This document shows positions 26,823 to 36,245 of a stretch of 64,000 nucleotides of DNA, piece after piece; within the stretch, counting starts at the first letter, position 1, and each line of letters starts with the position of its first letter. This DNA is from Dehalococcoidia bacterium. GTDB lineage: Bacteria > Chloroflexota > Dehalococcoidia > GIF9 > UBA5629. Under the pieces are notes generated by a model that had not been told where the DNA came from, ran no database searches, and saw only the letters and a program-made list of their open reading frames with translations. The stretch lies in NCBI GenBank assembly GCA_050011565.1, contig JBEKIW010000004.1, positions 1 to 64,000 of the forward strand, read 5' to 3'. Made by a program: the position numbers and the translations under genes.

Positions 26823-29393
26823 CTATCCGCACTTAGTATAGCCGCAACTGGGGCAAATATGGCAGCCCTCCTGGTAAATTAGCATGTTGCCACATTCCGG
26901 GCATTGTCCAGCCCAGTTCTTAGTTACTCCGTAGTCCTTTGAGGTGTCTGTCTCTTTGTCTTTGGTATATTTTTCCAGGACGCTGGCGATAGCATCGGCG
27001 CAGGAGAAGATAGCACGACCTTCTTCCCAGGCAACGGACGGGCAGTGAATACCACGCAGATGCTTGGCTACCGAGCTCAGGTCGATACCAGACCTCACGG
27101 CCAATGAAATGAGACGGCTGGTAGCTTCCAGCTGCGCTGCGGCGCAGCCGCCGGCTTTTCCCAGGCTGGAAAAAACTTCACAGATGCCCTTGTCATCAAA
27201 GTTTACCGTGACATATATATAGCCGCAACCTGTCGTTACCCGCTCAGTAACGCCTTTGGTAACTTTAGGTCTAGGCCTGGGTGTGAGCTTGGCTTCTGTT
27301 TTCTCCTCTGCATGGCTAATGTTCAGCACCTGGCTGTCGCGGCTTCGGTCCCGGTATATAGTTATTCCTTTCAATCCCAGCTTATAGGCCAGCATATATA
27401 CCTCAGCCACATTTTCTATCGTCGCTTCGTGAGGAAGGTTGACTGTTTTAGAGACGGCGCTGTCGGTAGACTTCTGGAAAGCAGCCTGCATTCTCACATG
27501 CCACTCCGGGGTTATATCATGCGAGGTGACGAAGGTGTCCTTTACCCACTCAGGTATGTCTTCCACCTCTCGCAGTCTTTTGCCCTCGGCCAGTTGTTGC
27601 ATTAGTTCGGTGGAATAGAAGCCTTCATTTTTGGCTGCTTCTTCAAAGTAGGGATTGACCTCTACCAGTTGTTGGCCGTCAAGTATATGTCTGGTATAGC
27701 TCAGAGCGAAGAGAGGCTCGATGCCGCTGGAGCAGCCGGCAATTATGCTTAAGGTGCCGGTAGGTGCGATAGTGGTCCTCGCAGAATTTCTGGGCTTCAA
27801 CCCACCGTCCGTATCGTAAATACTACCTTTGAAAGCGGGGAATAGTCCTCTTTCCTCTCCCAGTTTCACCGATTCCCGTGTCGCCTCTTCAGATATGAAG
27901 CGCATTACGTTTTCGGCTACTTCCAATGCTTTATCGGAGTTATAGGCGATACGGAGCTTGAGCAACATGTCGGCAAACCCCATAACGCCAAGTCCTATCT
28001 TTCTGGTGGCTTTGGTCATTTTCTCAATCTGGGGCAGCGGGAATTTGTTAACATCGATAACGTTATCGAGGAAACGGACACCCAGTTTAACAGTTTGACG
28101 CAGCTTGGCGTAGTCGATTTCAGGTTTGTGATTCTCGTTTTTGACCATTTTAGACAGGTTAATAGAGGCTAGATTGCAGGACTCGAAGGGTAACAAAGGC
28201 TGCTCACCGCAGGGGTTGGTGCTCTCTATTCTGCCAAGCTTTGGAGTGGGATTATTCTTGTTTATGTTATCGATGAAAACGATGCCCGGGTCACCGGTAC
28301 GCCAGGCCGTTTCTGTGATTTTGTTGAAGACTTCTCTGGCGTTGAGTTTATTCACTACCTCTTTGTTATGTGGATTTATCAGATTGTACTCTTTGCCCTT
28401 TTCCACGGCCTCCATAAACTCGTTGGTGACGGCGACCGATATGTTGAAGTTAGTAAGCGCCTTCGGGTCTTCTTTAGCGGCGATGAAATCAAGTATATCA
28501 GGATGGTCGACGTTTAGAATGGCCATGTTGGCGCCGCGGCGCATGCCGCCTTGCTTGATAACATCGGTAGCTGTGTCGAAGGCTCGCATAAAAGAAACCG
28601 GGCCGCTGGCAATTCCGCCGGTGGAACCGACCCTGTCTTTTTTAGGTCTGAGTCGGGAAAAAGAGAAGCCGGTGCCGCCACCGCTTTTGTGGATTAAAGC
28701 AGTGTATTTTACGGCGTCAAAGATGGATTCCATGGAATCATCAACAGGTATAACGAAACAGGCTGATAGCTGTCCCAATTCTCGTCCGGCATTCATTAGG
28801 GTCGGGGAATTGGGTAGAAATTCGAGGGAGGTCATTAGCCTGTAAAATTTCTCTTCCCACCCGGTGATATCTGCTTTTTGGTCGTAGATGAGTTCGGCTG
28901 AGGCAATGTGCCCGGCCACACGCCGGAACATCTCTTCCGGCGTTTCAACAACCTGTCCCTGGTTGTCCTTTTTCAGATACCTCTTTTCCAGGACTGTAAG
29001 AGCATTTTGAGTTAGTTCTATTCCCTGCTTAGCCTTGATCTTCATTTTAGATGCCGGTTTCTCAGCCAATTTACCTTTCTTAACCTCTGGCTCGGCTCCA
29101 GCTTTTTTCTCAGTTACTACAGGTTCTGCCAACCGGGTCTTCTCAGCCAGTATTTCCTTAACTGCCACTTCTATTTGGAAATCAGAAGGCACCTGTGTTT
29201 CCTGGACCGGTACAAGATGTTCCATCCCCGGCAAAATCGGGCTCGGCTCCAGCCTTTGAATTACCTGGCCTGTAAGTTCCTCAAGTAGTTTCCTGTCAGT
29301 TATACCCATGGACTCTGCGGCGGCAAAGATAGCGCGAGCTATACGGTGGTGATTATTCCCGCCGGTTCGATTTTTAGCTGAACGAGATGTCAT
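26823..29393 (-). CDS. nrdJ: Class II (B12-dependent) ribonucleotide reductase
   Basis: PNSPTLMNAG, LSACF, TNPCGEQ, TIAPTGT, C-terminal TSCPD-like and zinc-ribbon domains. Confidence 0.95.
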   Translation of the reverse strand: MTSRSAKNRTGGNNHHRIARAIFAAAESMGITDRKLLEELTGQVIQRLEPSPILPGMEHLVPVQETQVPSDFQIEVAVKEILAEKTRLAEPVVTEKKAGAEPEVKKGKLAEKPASKMKIKAKQGIELTQNALTVLEKRYLKKDNQGQVVETPEEMFRRVAGHIASAELIYDQKADITGWEEKFYRLMTSLEFLPNSPTLMNAGRELGQLSACFVIPVDDSMESIFDAVKYTALIHKSGGGTGFSFSRLRPKKDRVGSTGGIASGPVSFMRAFDTATDVIKQGGMRRGANMAILNVDHPDILDFIAAKEDPKALTNFNISVAVTNEFMEAVEKGKEYNLINPHNKEVVNKLNAREVFNKITETAWRTGDPGIVFIDNINKNNPTPKLGRIESTNPCGEQPLLPFESCNLASINLSKMVKNENHKPEIDYAKLRQTVKLGVRFLDNVIDVNKFPLPQIEKMTKATRKIGLGVMGFADMLLKLRIAYNSDKALEVAENVMRFISEEATRESVKLGEERGLFPAFKGSIYDTDGGLKPRNSARTTIAPTGTLSIIAGCSSGIEPLFALSYTRHILDGQQLVEVNPYFEEAAKNEGFYSTELMQQLAEGKRLREVEDIPEWVKDTFVTSHDITPEWHVRMQAAFQKSTDSAVSKTVNLPHEATIENVAEVYMLAYKLGLKGITIYRDRSRDSQVLNISHAEEKTEAKLTPRPRPKVTKGVTERVTTGCGYIYVTVNFDDKGICEVFSSLGKAGGCAAAQLEATSRLISLAVRSGIDLSSVAKHLRGIHCPSVAWEEGRAIFSCADAIASVLEKYTKDKETDTSKDYGVTKNWAGQCPECGNMLIYQEGCHICPSCGYTKCG

Positions 29394-29927
29394 CTATTTT
29401 CGTCTCCGATGCCGTGGCCCGAGGACGGTTAGTTCTTCCTGAGATAAAAGTGAAAGTTGGCCAGCCGGCGGTATTTGAGCTTCGGTATCCACCAGAGTAT
29501 CCACAGCCTGTTTTAATGCCGCAATATCGGTAAATTCGCGATAGACACTGGCAAAGCGAATATAAGCTATATGGTCCAGTTCCTGAAGCCTTTCTATAAC
29601 CATGTCGCCAATTACCGGGCTGGGAACTTCAGTTTTGCCGAGGCGATAAAGCTCAACTTCGATATTGTCTACCAGTTTATCGATGGTGCCGGTCGGCAGC
29701 GGACGTTTTTCACAGGCTTTACGGATGCCGGCCAGCAGCTTATCTCTATTGAATTCCTCTCGCCTGTTATCTTTTTTAATCACAAAAAGATTTCTGGACT
29801 GCAAGTGTTCGTAGGTGGTAAAGCGGGTTCCACAATGAAGACACTGCCGGCGACGCCTGATGCCATCCTCTATGTTTCTAGAGTCGATCACTTTAGACTC
29901 AGTATCACCGCAATAGGAACACTTCAT
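29394..29927 (-). CDS. nrdR: Transcriptional repressor NrdR
   Basis: MKCSYC..VIDSR..IRRRRQC..RFTTYE, ATP cone, AYIRFASVYR. Confidence 0.97.
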   Translation of the reverse strand: MKCSYCGDTESKVIDSRNIEDGIRRRRQCLHCGTRFTTYEHLQSRNLFVIKKDNRREEFNRDKLLAGIRKACEKRPLPTGTIDKLVDNIEVELYRLGKTEVPSPVIGDMVIERLQELDHIAYIRFASVYREFTDIAALKQAVDTLVDTEAQIPPAGQLSLLSQEELTVLGPRHRRRK

Positions 29928-29934
29928 AGGGGTA

Positions 29935-29988
29935 CCCCTACAGAATGTGGTGCGGGTATATTTTAGCCCAATATATAGAGGGTGTCAA
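29935..29988 (-). promoter_or_regulatory. nrdR-nrdJ promoter with tandem NrdR boxes
   Basis: TTGACA-17-TAAAAT on the minus strand; box GCCCAATATATAGAGG (29966-81) fills the spacer; weaker box at 29935-50, 31 bp away. Confidence 0.8.
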
Positions 29989-30012
29989 GTAGGCAATAGA
30001 CATAAAAAGGAG

Positions 30013-30048
30013 AAAAACAGAGCGGCAATTGGGGTTGCCGCTCTGTTT
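30013..30048 (-). terminator. ftsZ terminator
   Basis: AAACAGAGCGGCAA/TTGCCGCTCTGTTT hairpin plus T-tract on the minus strand. Confidence 0.85.
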
Positions 30049-30074
30049 GGGGAGGATGGAGGGTTAATGGAGGG

Positions 30075-31184
30075 TTAACGGGGTGATCGGGCCTGCGATG
30101 GGGGTACGGGTTGGGCGGGGTAATGTGATGATGACGACGTTCGACGTAGGAACGACGGAACGTCGAGGCTATCTTCAGCAACGCCACGCAGCAGCCGGCG
30201 CAATTCGGCTTCGGTTGGTACTCCAGCGCCATAGTGAGCTGTAAAACCGGTGGCGATAATGGTGATCTGAATTTCGCTCTCCATTTGAGGATTGAACACG
30301 ACGCCGAAGATAATGTTAGCATCGGGGTCAACCGCCTGAGCGATGACTTCGGCAGCTTCGTTGCATTCAAATAGGGTAAGGTCGCTGCCGCCGGTAACGT
30401 TGAATAATACGCCTTTGGAGCCGTTTATGGAGACGTCAAGCAGCGGGCTAGCCAGAGCAGCTCGAGCAGCTTCGACTGCGCGGTTCTGGCCGGAGCCACG
30501 GCCTACTGACATCCAAGCAGGTCCGGCGTTCTTCATGATTGACCTGATATCAGCGAAATCTAGGTTGATCAATCCAGGCACGGTCACTACTTCGGCAATA
30601 GCCTGAACTGCCAGCCTCAAAACATCGTCAGCTAGCCTGAAGGCGTTATCAACGGTTGTTTTAGCGTCACAAAGCTCGAGGAGGCGGTCATTGGGGATGA
30701 TAACCAATGTATCTACCTTGTCGCACAGCTGCAGGACGCCTTCTTCAGCTACTTTATTACGTCGAGTGCCTTCAAAACTGAAGGGCTTGGTTACTATACC
30801 AATCGTTAAAGCGCCGCTCTCTCGAGATATATCGGCGACAACAGGGACACCGCCAGTGCCGGTGCCACCGCCCATTCCAGCGGTGACGAAAATCATATCG
30901 GCACCAGATACGACTTCTTGAATCGTCTGTCGGCTCTCTTCAGCCGCACCGGCACCAACAGTATGGTCGCCGCCGGCGCCTAGCCCGCGTGTCAGCTTCT
31001 CGCCAAGCTGAACACGAACGGGGGCTTCGGACAGTGCTAGAGCCTGGGCATCGGTATTCATGGTTATGAATTCCACGCCCTTAATGCCTTCACGGACCAT
31101 CCGGGTAATAGCATTGGAACCACCGCCGCCGATGCCTATGGCCCTAATCCGGGCTGGTGCATTGGAAAATGTTGACTTTGCCAT
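30075..31184 (-). CDS. ftsZ: Cell division protein FtsZ
   Basis: GGGGSNA, GMGGGTGTG, INLDFAD, LDVPSFLRR. Confidence 0.98.
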   Translation of the reverse strand: MAKSTFSNAPARIRAIGIGGGGSNAITRMVREGIKGVEFITMNTDAQALALSEAPVRVQLGEKLTRGLGAGGDHTVGAGAAEESRQTIQEVVSGADMIFVTAGMGGGTGTGGVPVVADISRESGALTIGIVTKPFSFEGTRRNKVAEEGVLQLCDKVDTLVIIPNDRLLELCDAKTTVDNAFRLADDVLRLAVQAIAEVVTVPGLINLDFADIRSIMKNAGPAWMSVGRGSGQNRAVEAARAALASPLLDVSINGSKGVLFNVTGGSDLTLFECNEAAEVIAQAVDPDANIIFGVVFNPQMESEIQITIIATGFTAHYGAGVPTEAELRRLLRGVAEDSLDVPSFLRRTSSSSHYPAQPVPPSQARSPR

Positions 31185-31225
31185 TTTTTAAATTCCCTCC
31201 TTTATTATTCTTTCTTATCTATTAT

Positions 31226-32446
31226 TTAGACGCCGAAGAATTTTTTCAGTACAGTCACGAAACCATCTAAGACGCCATTCTTCTTCTGCGCTTCCCAGGC
31301 TGGTCGGCCATGGTTTCTGGTTCCCCACAGAAGAAGTCCGACTCCAGTTGAGTGAGCCGGGTCATGGAGGATATCGGTAATGCCGTATACTCCCATGGGC
31401 TCACCTATGCGCGTCTGGATACGAATTGTTTGTCGGGCCAGAGCTTCGAGACCGGCTAAGTTGGAGCAGCCTCCCGTGAGCACAAGGCCTGCCGGGGCTA
31501 AAGAAGCATAGTTGGAGTCCGGCATTTCCAGGAGAATGAGCCTTAATAATTCCTCCATGCGGACCTTGATGATATTGCACAGGTCACGGTAAGACACGCT
31601 GTGTCCGTCTTCGACAGTGAGCGTGGAGTCCTGGTTTTTGGCGAGTACTTCAGGATAGACGTTTCCGTACTTCTTTTTCATAGCTTCGGCTATTTCAAAA
31701 GGTAAGCCCAGGCCGATTGAGAGGTCGCTGGTAACCTGATAACCAGCCACCGGAATAATTGCAGTATGATAGATACTTCCATCCTTGAACACGGCTATGT
31801 CGGTGGTGCCGCCACCGATGTCAGCCAGGATGACTCCTATTTCTCTTTCCTCCGGTGTCAACACCGCTTCACCGCTGGCTAGCGGTTCCAGGATCAGGTC
31901 TTGGATTTCTACGCCACAGCTTCGTATGCACTTGACCAAATTCTGGACCGAGGATATAGCGGCGGTGATAATGTGGGTTTCCACGTCCAGCCTAAAGCCA
32001 TGCATACCAACCGGATTTTTAATTCTTTCCTGGCTATCCAGAGCGTAGTTGCGGGGGATGGCATGTAGTATCCTGCGGTCATCCGGCAGATTGACCTGCT
32101 GGGCGGACGAAAGCACTCGCTTCAAATCGTCGTGCCGAACCAGGCGGTCATTACGTGGTATGGCTACCACTCCGTGGCTGTTAATCGAACTTATATGTCT
32201 GCCGGTAACGCCTATATAAGCCGATTCGACTTTAAGACCGCTTGCTTGTTCAGCCCTCCTTATCGACTCACAGACTGCTTCTTTCGCCTCCTCAACGTTG
32301 ACCACCATACCTTTATGCATACCATGTGACGGCACGAGGCCTACTCCTAATACCTGCACGTTGCCTCCGGAATCAAGTGAGCCGATGATGGTGCATATTT
32401 TGGTTGTGCCAACGTCAATTGCTGAGATGAGTTTCTTCATGGCCAT
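31226..32446 (-). CDS. ftsA: Cell division protein FtsA
   Basis: DVGTTKI, DIGGGTTD, VLTGG, C-terminal amphipathic helix. Confidence 0.96.
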   Translation of the reverse strand: MAMKKLISAIDVGTTKICTIIGSLDSGGNVQVLGVGLVPSHGMHKGMVVNVEEAKEAVCESIRRAEQASGLKVESAYIGVTGRHISSINSHGVVAIPRNDRLVRHDDLKRVLSSAQQVNLPDDRRILHAIPRNYALDSQERIKNPVGMHGFRLDVETHIITAAISSVQNLVKCIRSCGVEIQDLILEPLASGEAVLTPEEREIGVILADIGGGTTDIAVFKDGSIYHTAIIPVAGYQVTSDLSIGLGLPFEIAEAMKKKYGNVYPEVLAKNQDSTLTVEDGHSVSYRDLCNIIKVRMEELLRLILLEMPDSNYASLAPAGLVLTGGCSNLAGLEALARQTIRIQTRIGEPMGVYGITDILHDPAHSTGVGLLLWGTRNHGRPAWEAQKKNGVLDGFVTVLKKFFGV

Positions 32447-32505
32447 TTTGTCCTCCTTTATTTTATTTAAGTGGAACTTCCTCCATTAATAATTTTTCTA
32501 TTTTA

Positions 32506-33441
32506 TTAAAGGCGCTCGGCTACTCTAAGCTTGGCGCTGCGACTGCGAGGATTGGATTTAATTTCGCCTAGAGATGGTGTGATTATCTTCTTGGTTATTA
32601 TTTTCAGGCTGGCCACGTGTCCACACTGACAGACAGGGATAGCCGGCGAGCAAATACATCCTTTGCTTTCTGTCAGCATAAATTGTTTGACGATTCGATC
32701 TTCCAGGGAGTGATAACTTATGACCGCCAGCCTGCCTCCGTGGTTAAGACAGTTTATGGTTTGTTTCAGCGCCGCCGAAAGGTTTTCGAGCTCGTGATTG
32801 ATATAGATGCGCAGCGCCATGAAAGTTCTGGTGGCCGGATGAATTTTACCGCGATAGCCGCCGGTAGCTTTTTCTATTGCATCGACTAATTGAAGCGTAT
32901 CGTTGATAGGCCGGCTGTTTACGATATGCCGGGCTATCCGTTTGCTATATCGCTCTTCACCGTAGGTCTTGATTATTTCGCTTAACCTTTCCTCGGGGAA
33001 AGTGTTTACCACATCGGCCGCAGTAAATTCCTGAGTTGAGTCGAAACGCATATCTAAAGGGCCATACTGCTGGAAGCTGAAACCACGTTCAGAATCGTCA
33101 AGCTGGGCGGATGATAGACCAAGGTCAAAGAGAATGCCCTGTACAGGTAAGAACCTGTTTTCTCTGCAAATTGCCTCCAGACTAAGAAAATTGCCGTTCA
33201 CCAGAATAGTATCCTCGATGTATTCGGCCATCCTGTCCTTAGCTGTCTCAATAGCTTTCGGGTCGGCATCTATGCCGAGGAGCTGTCCTCCAGGCAGAAT
33301 CCTTGTCAGAATGGCTGCAGCATGTCCTCCGTTTCCCAGGGTGCAGTCGACATATCTTTCTCCGGGGTGAGGACGCAGGGCTTCCACGACCTCATTAAGC
33401 AGCACCGGTTTATGAACAGGTATAGTCATGGTCAGGCTCAT
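32506..33441 (-). CDS. rsmH: 16S rRNA m4C1402 methyltransferase RsmH
   Basis: HKPVLL, DCTLGNGGH, HPATRTF, NPRSRSAKLR; ATG 33441 overlaps the mraZ stop. Confidence 0.96.
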   Translation of the reverse strand: MSLTMTIPVHKPVLLNEVVEALRPHPGERYVDCTLGNGGHAAAILTRILPGGQLLGIDADPKAIETAKDRMAEYIEDTILVNGNFLSLEAICRENRFLPVQGILFDLGLSSAQLDDSERGFSFQQYGPLDMRFDSTQEFTAADVVNTFPEERLSEIIKTYGEERYSKRIARHIVNSRPINDTLQLVDAIEKATGGYRGKIHPATRTFMALRIYINHELENLSAALKQTINCLNHGGRLAVISYHSLEDRIVKQFMLTESKGCICSPAIPVCQCGHVASLKIITKKIITPSLGEIKSNPRSRSAKLRVAERL

Positions 33442-33866
33442 CGTTGTTCCTCGAGGCTTTCTATGATTTGCCACAGTTGTTCTTCGGCTGCCGTTTTTTC
33501 GGTTTTCCATAAAGTAGGGTTCCATACTTCAACACAGTTGTTAGAACCGACTACAAAAGCGGTGTCGCCTATTTCAACGCGGCTTCGCAGAGTGGGAGGT
33601 AGAGCTACTCTACCCTGGCCATCCAGCGAAAGGCTGAAAGCAGTACCGAACATCGCCCGGTTCATGGTTCTTACTTTGCTGGACGGCAGGGCCTTAGCCG
33701 ACAAGGTGTCAGCTACTTTGTGCCACTCCTCGACAGGATAAATGACGATGCACTTTTCCAGCCCTTTAGTCAATACCAGTTCACCCATCAATTCCTGTCT
33801 GAATTTAGGGGGCAAAGGCAACCTGCCCTTATTATCGACTTTATATTCGTATTCGCCGAGAAACAT
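33438..33866 (-). CDS. mraZ: Transcriptional regulator MraZ
   Basis: MFLGEY..VDNKGRL, LDGQGRV. Confidence 0.96.
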   Translation of the reverse strand: MFLGEYEYKVDNKGRLPLPPKFRQELMGELVLTKGLEKCIVIYPVEEWHKVADTLSAKALPSSKVRTMNRAMFGTAFSLSLDGQGRVALPPTLRSRVEIGDTAFVVGSNNCVEVWNPTLWKTEKTAAEEQLWQIIESLEEQR

Positions 33867-33886
33867 ATCTGCCTAATCCCGGGTGT

Positions 33887-34252
33887 TTAAGCCAGTACGG
33901 GCTCCCCTTCAAGCTGCTTTTCTAAGATCCTGATTTCGTTCCAATCCAGTCTAGCCAGTTCTTCAATGTATTCCTGCGTCTGAGGATCGCTGGCCAGAGA
34001 GTAGGTGATGAGGCCGTTACCATCTTCTTGTTCCTGCAAGATGCCTTTTTCAATTAAAGTCCGGATGGCTTCCCTCAAGTTAATTCTGGCGGTGTCCAGA
34101 GCGTTAGCAATGGTATAAAGACTTAACTTCGTTCTGGGATGGCGCGCCCAAAAATGGATTAACTGGAGTTCAAGATTGGTACGGCTGTTCTCCTTTAAGA
34201 AATTGAACAGTCTACTATTGGCTAATCTATACTGAACACAATCAATGACCAT
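33887..34252 (-). CDS. Hypothetical winged-helix-like protein at the head of the division operon
   Basis: GGAGG RBS, 121 aa, ends 20 bp before mraZ. Confidence 0.7.
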   Translation of the reverse strand: MVIDCVQYRLANSRLFNFLKENSRTNLELQLIHFWARHPRTKLSLYTIANALDTARINLREAIRTLIEKGILQEQEDGNGLITYSLASDPQTQEYIEELARLDWNEIRILEKQLEGEPVLA

Positions 34253-34265
34253 TACATTCCTCCTT

Positions 34266-34332
34266 TACCACTTTTTACCACTTTTAACCATTATATTACA
34301 CATCTTACCCAATTTGTCAATACCTTTACCAC
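34266..34332 (-). promoter_or_regulatory. MraZ-binding direct repeats and promoter
   Basis: GTGGTA-like repeats with ~10-bp period (34266, 34276, 34286, 34306, 34327); TTGACA at 34315-20. Confidence 0.75.
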
Positions 34333-34524
34333 CGGATTTCGTATTATTTTTATGAAATTTTTCCACTTTGGTCCGTTGTTTGTCTTGCAATGCCCAATAA
34401 ATAGTAATTATGGCCCGACTTTCTCTATATCTAGTGATAGCGCTAAAGATAATCTCACCCTGAGGTAGTACTAAAGTATGGGTCGACTTTTCGGTTTTGA
34501 GCTTTAGGTATGGTATGGTAAAAT

Positions 34525-35028
34525 ATGCAAATGCGAGCCGGTATACTTGTCATTAGTGACAAGGGGTGGCGTGGTGAGCGACTCGACAAGAGTGGGCAGA
34601 CAGCTAAGGAAGTTATCAGTCAACTTAGCCTTGATATTTTGAAATACGAGGTTGTGCCGGATGAGGCGGATATAATTTCAAATAAGCTTAGAGAGTGGTG
34701 CGATGAGGGCGGCCTTGACCTGATACTGACCAGCGGTGGTACCGGATTATCGGATAGAGATGTCACGCCGGAGGCAACGTTAGCGGTTGTAGATAAGGTT
34801 GTTCCGGGTTTGACAGAGGCGATGAGAATGGAAACGATGAAGAGAAAGCCTGAGGCGATACTTAGTCGAGCTGTTGCCGGTAGTCGGGGCAGGTGTTTAA
34901 TTATTAATCTGCCGGGCAGCCCCAAGGCAGTGAAGGAATGCCTGGAGGTAATTCTGCCGGTTCTACCTCATGCACTGGATGTTCTCGGCGGGAGAGTGTC
35001 TGATTGTGGTCACGGTGGAGACAGCTAA
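34525..35028 (+). CDS. mog: Molybdopterin adenylyltransferase (MogA/MoaB family)
   Basis: DKSG, VVPDE, TSGGTG..RDVTPEAT, NLPGSPKA. Confidence 0.9.
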   Translation: MQMRAGILVISDKGWRGERLDKSGQTAKEVISQLSLDILKYEVVPDEADIISNKLREWCDEGGLDLILTSGGTGLSDRDVTPEATLAVVDKVVPGLTEAMRMETMKRKPEAILSRAVAGSRGRCLIINLPGSPKAVKECLEVILPVLPHALDVLGGRVSDCGHGGDS

Positions 35029-35769
35029 ATGCGAATTGATATTTTGACGTTATTTCCCCAGATGTTTGATGGCTTGTTGAATTGCAGCATTATCGCCAGA
35101 GCCAGAGAGCGTGGCCTGGTTGATATCAGACTTCACGATATTCGTGCTCACACTCATGATAAACATCATGTTGTGGATGATTATCCCTACGGTGGCGGAG
35201 CCGGAATGGTTCTCAAACCGGAGCCTATATTTGAAGCCGTGGAAGCCATTAAAGTAGAACTCGGGTTGTCAACGGTGCCGATTATTCTGCTAAGCCCTCA
35301 AGGTCGACTTTTCAATCAGACTGTTGCCCGGGATTTAGCAGGATATGAGCATCTTATTCTTATCTGCGGTCATTATGAAGGTGTTGATGAGAGAGTAGCC
35401 GAGCATTTGGCCACTGACGAGATCAGTATTGGCGACTATTTGCTCAGCGGCGGTGAAATAGCAGCTATGGCTGTGACAGACTGTATAGTAAGGTTATTGC
35501 CCGGTGTGCTTGGCTCCGAGGCATCACTTGCTGAAGAGTCGCACGTTGGAGGGCTGCTGGAATATCCGCAGTATACTCGCCCGGAGACATTTCGTGACTG
35601 GGCAGTACCGTCGATCTTACTGTCGGGGGACCATGGAGACGTTGCCCGATGGCGGCGTCAGCAAAGCTTAATACGAACAGCAAAGGGGCGCCCGGACCTG
35701 CTGGAGAAAGCTGAGCTTTCCACCGAGGATAAAAAGTTACTCAACGAAGCCTCTAAAATTAAGTCATAG
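35029..35769 (+). CDS. trmD: tRNA (guanine37-N1)-methyltransferase
   Basis: [37 protein letters not shown]. Confidence 0.98.
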   Translation: MRIDILTLFPQMFDGLLNCSIIARARERGLVDIRLHDIRAHTHDKHHVVDDYPYGGGAGMVLKPEPIFEAVEAIKVELGLSTVPIILLSPQGRLFNQTVARDLAGYEHLILICGHYEGVDERVAEHLATDEISIGDYLLSGGEIAAMAVTDCIVRLLPGVLGSEASLAEESHVGGLLEYPQYTRPETFRDWAVPSILLSGDHGDVARWRRQQSLIRTAKGRPDLLEKAELSTEDKKLLNEASKIKS

Positions 35770-35786
35770 AAGGGATGTAATTGTAA

Positions 35787-36245
35787 ATGAATATCAACTC
35801 CATCAGTAAAGTTAAGGTAAATCCTAAAATACCTCAAATCAGCCCGGGGGATACGGTAAAGGTTAGTTTTAAGGTTAAGGAAGCTAATAAAGAACGTGTT
35901 CAAACTTTGAGTGGCCTGGTAGTCAGGGCTAGAAAAGGAGCCAGCGGCGGTAACTTTACGGTCAGGCGCGTTACCTCCGGGATTGGTGTTGAGCACACCT
36001 TTCCCTTTGCCTCTCCGTCTTTGGAAAAAGTTGAGGTGGTACGGCACGGGAAGGTTCGCCGGGCCAAGCTATATTACATTCGCCGCCTGAGTGCTCGAGA
36101 GGCACGACTTAAGGAGAGACGCGAAAAGATGACGGAAAAAGCTACGGCTCTGGAAGCTACCGGTATAGAGGGTGAAATTGAAGAGCCTGTGGCGGAGCCG
36201 GAAGCGGCTGAAGAAGAGGTTGAAGAAGTCAAAGAAGCTGAATGA
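35787..36245 (+). CDS. rplS: 50S ribosomal protein L19
   Basis: PGDTVKV, GKVRRAKLYYIR, acidic tail. Confidence 0.97.
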   Translation: MNINSISKVKVNPKIPQISPGDTVKVSFKVKEANKERVQTLSGLVVRARKGASGGNFTVRRVTSGIGVEHTFPFASPSLEKVEVVRHGKVRRAKLYYIRRLSAREARLKERREKMTEKATALEATGIEGEIEEPVAEPEAAEEEVEEVKEAE

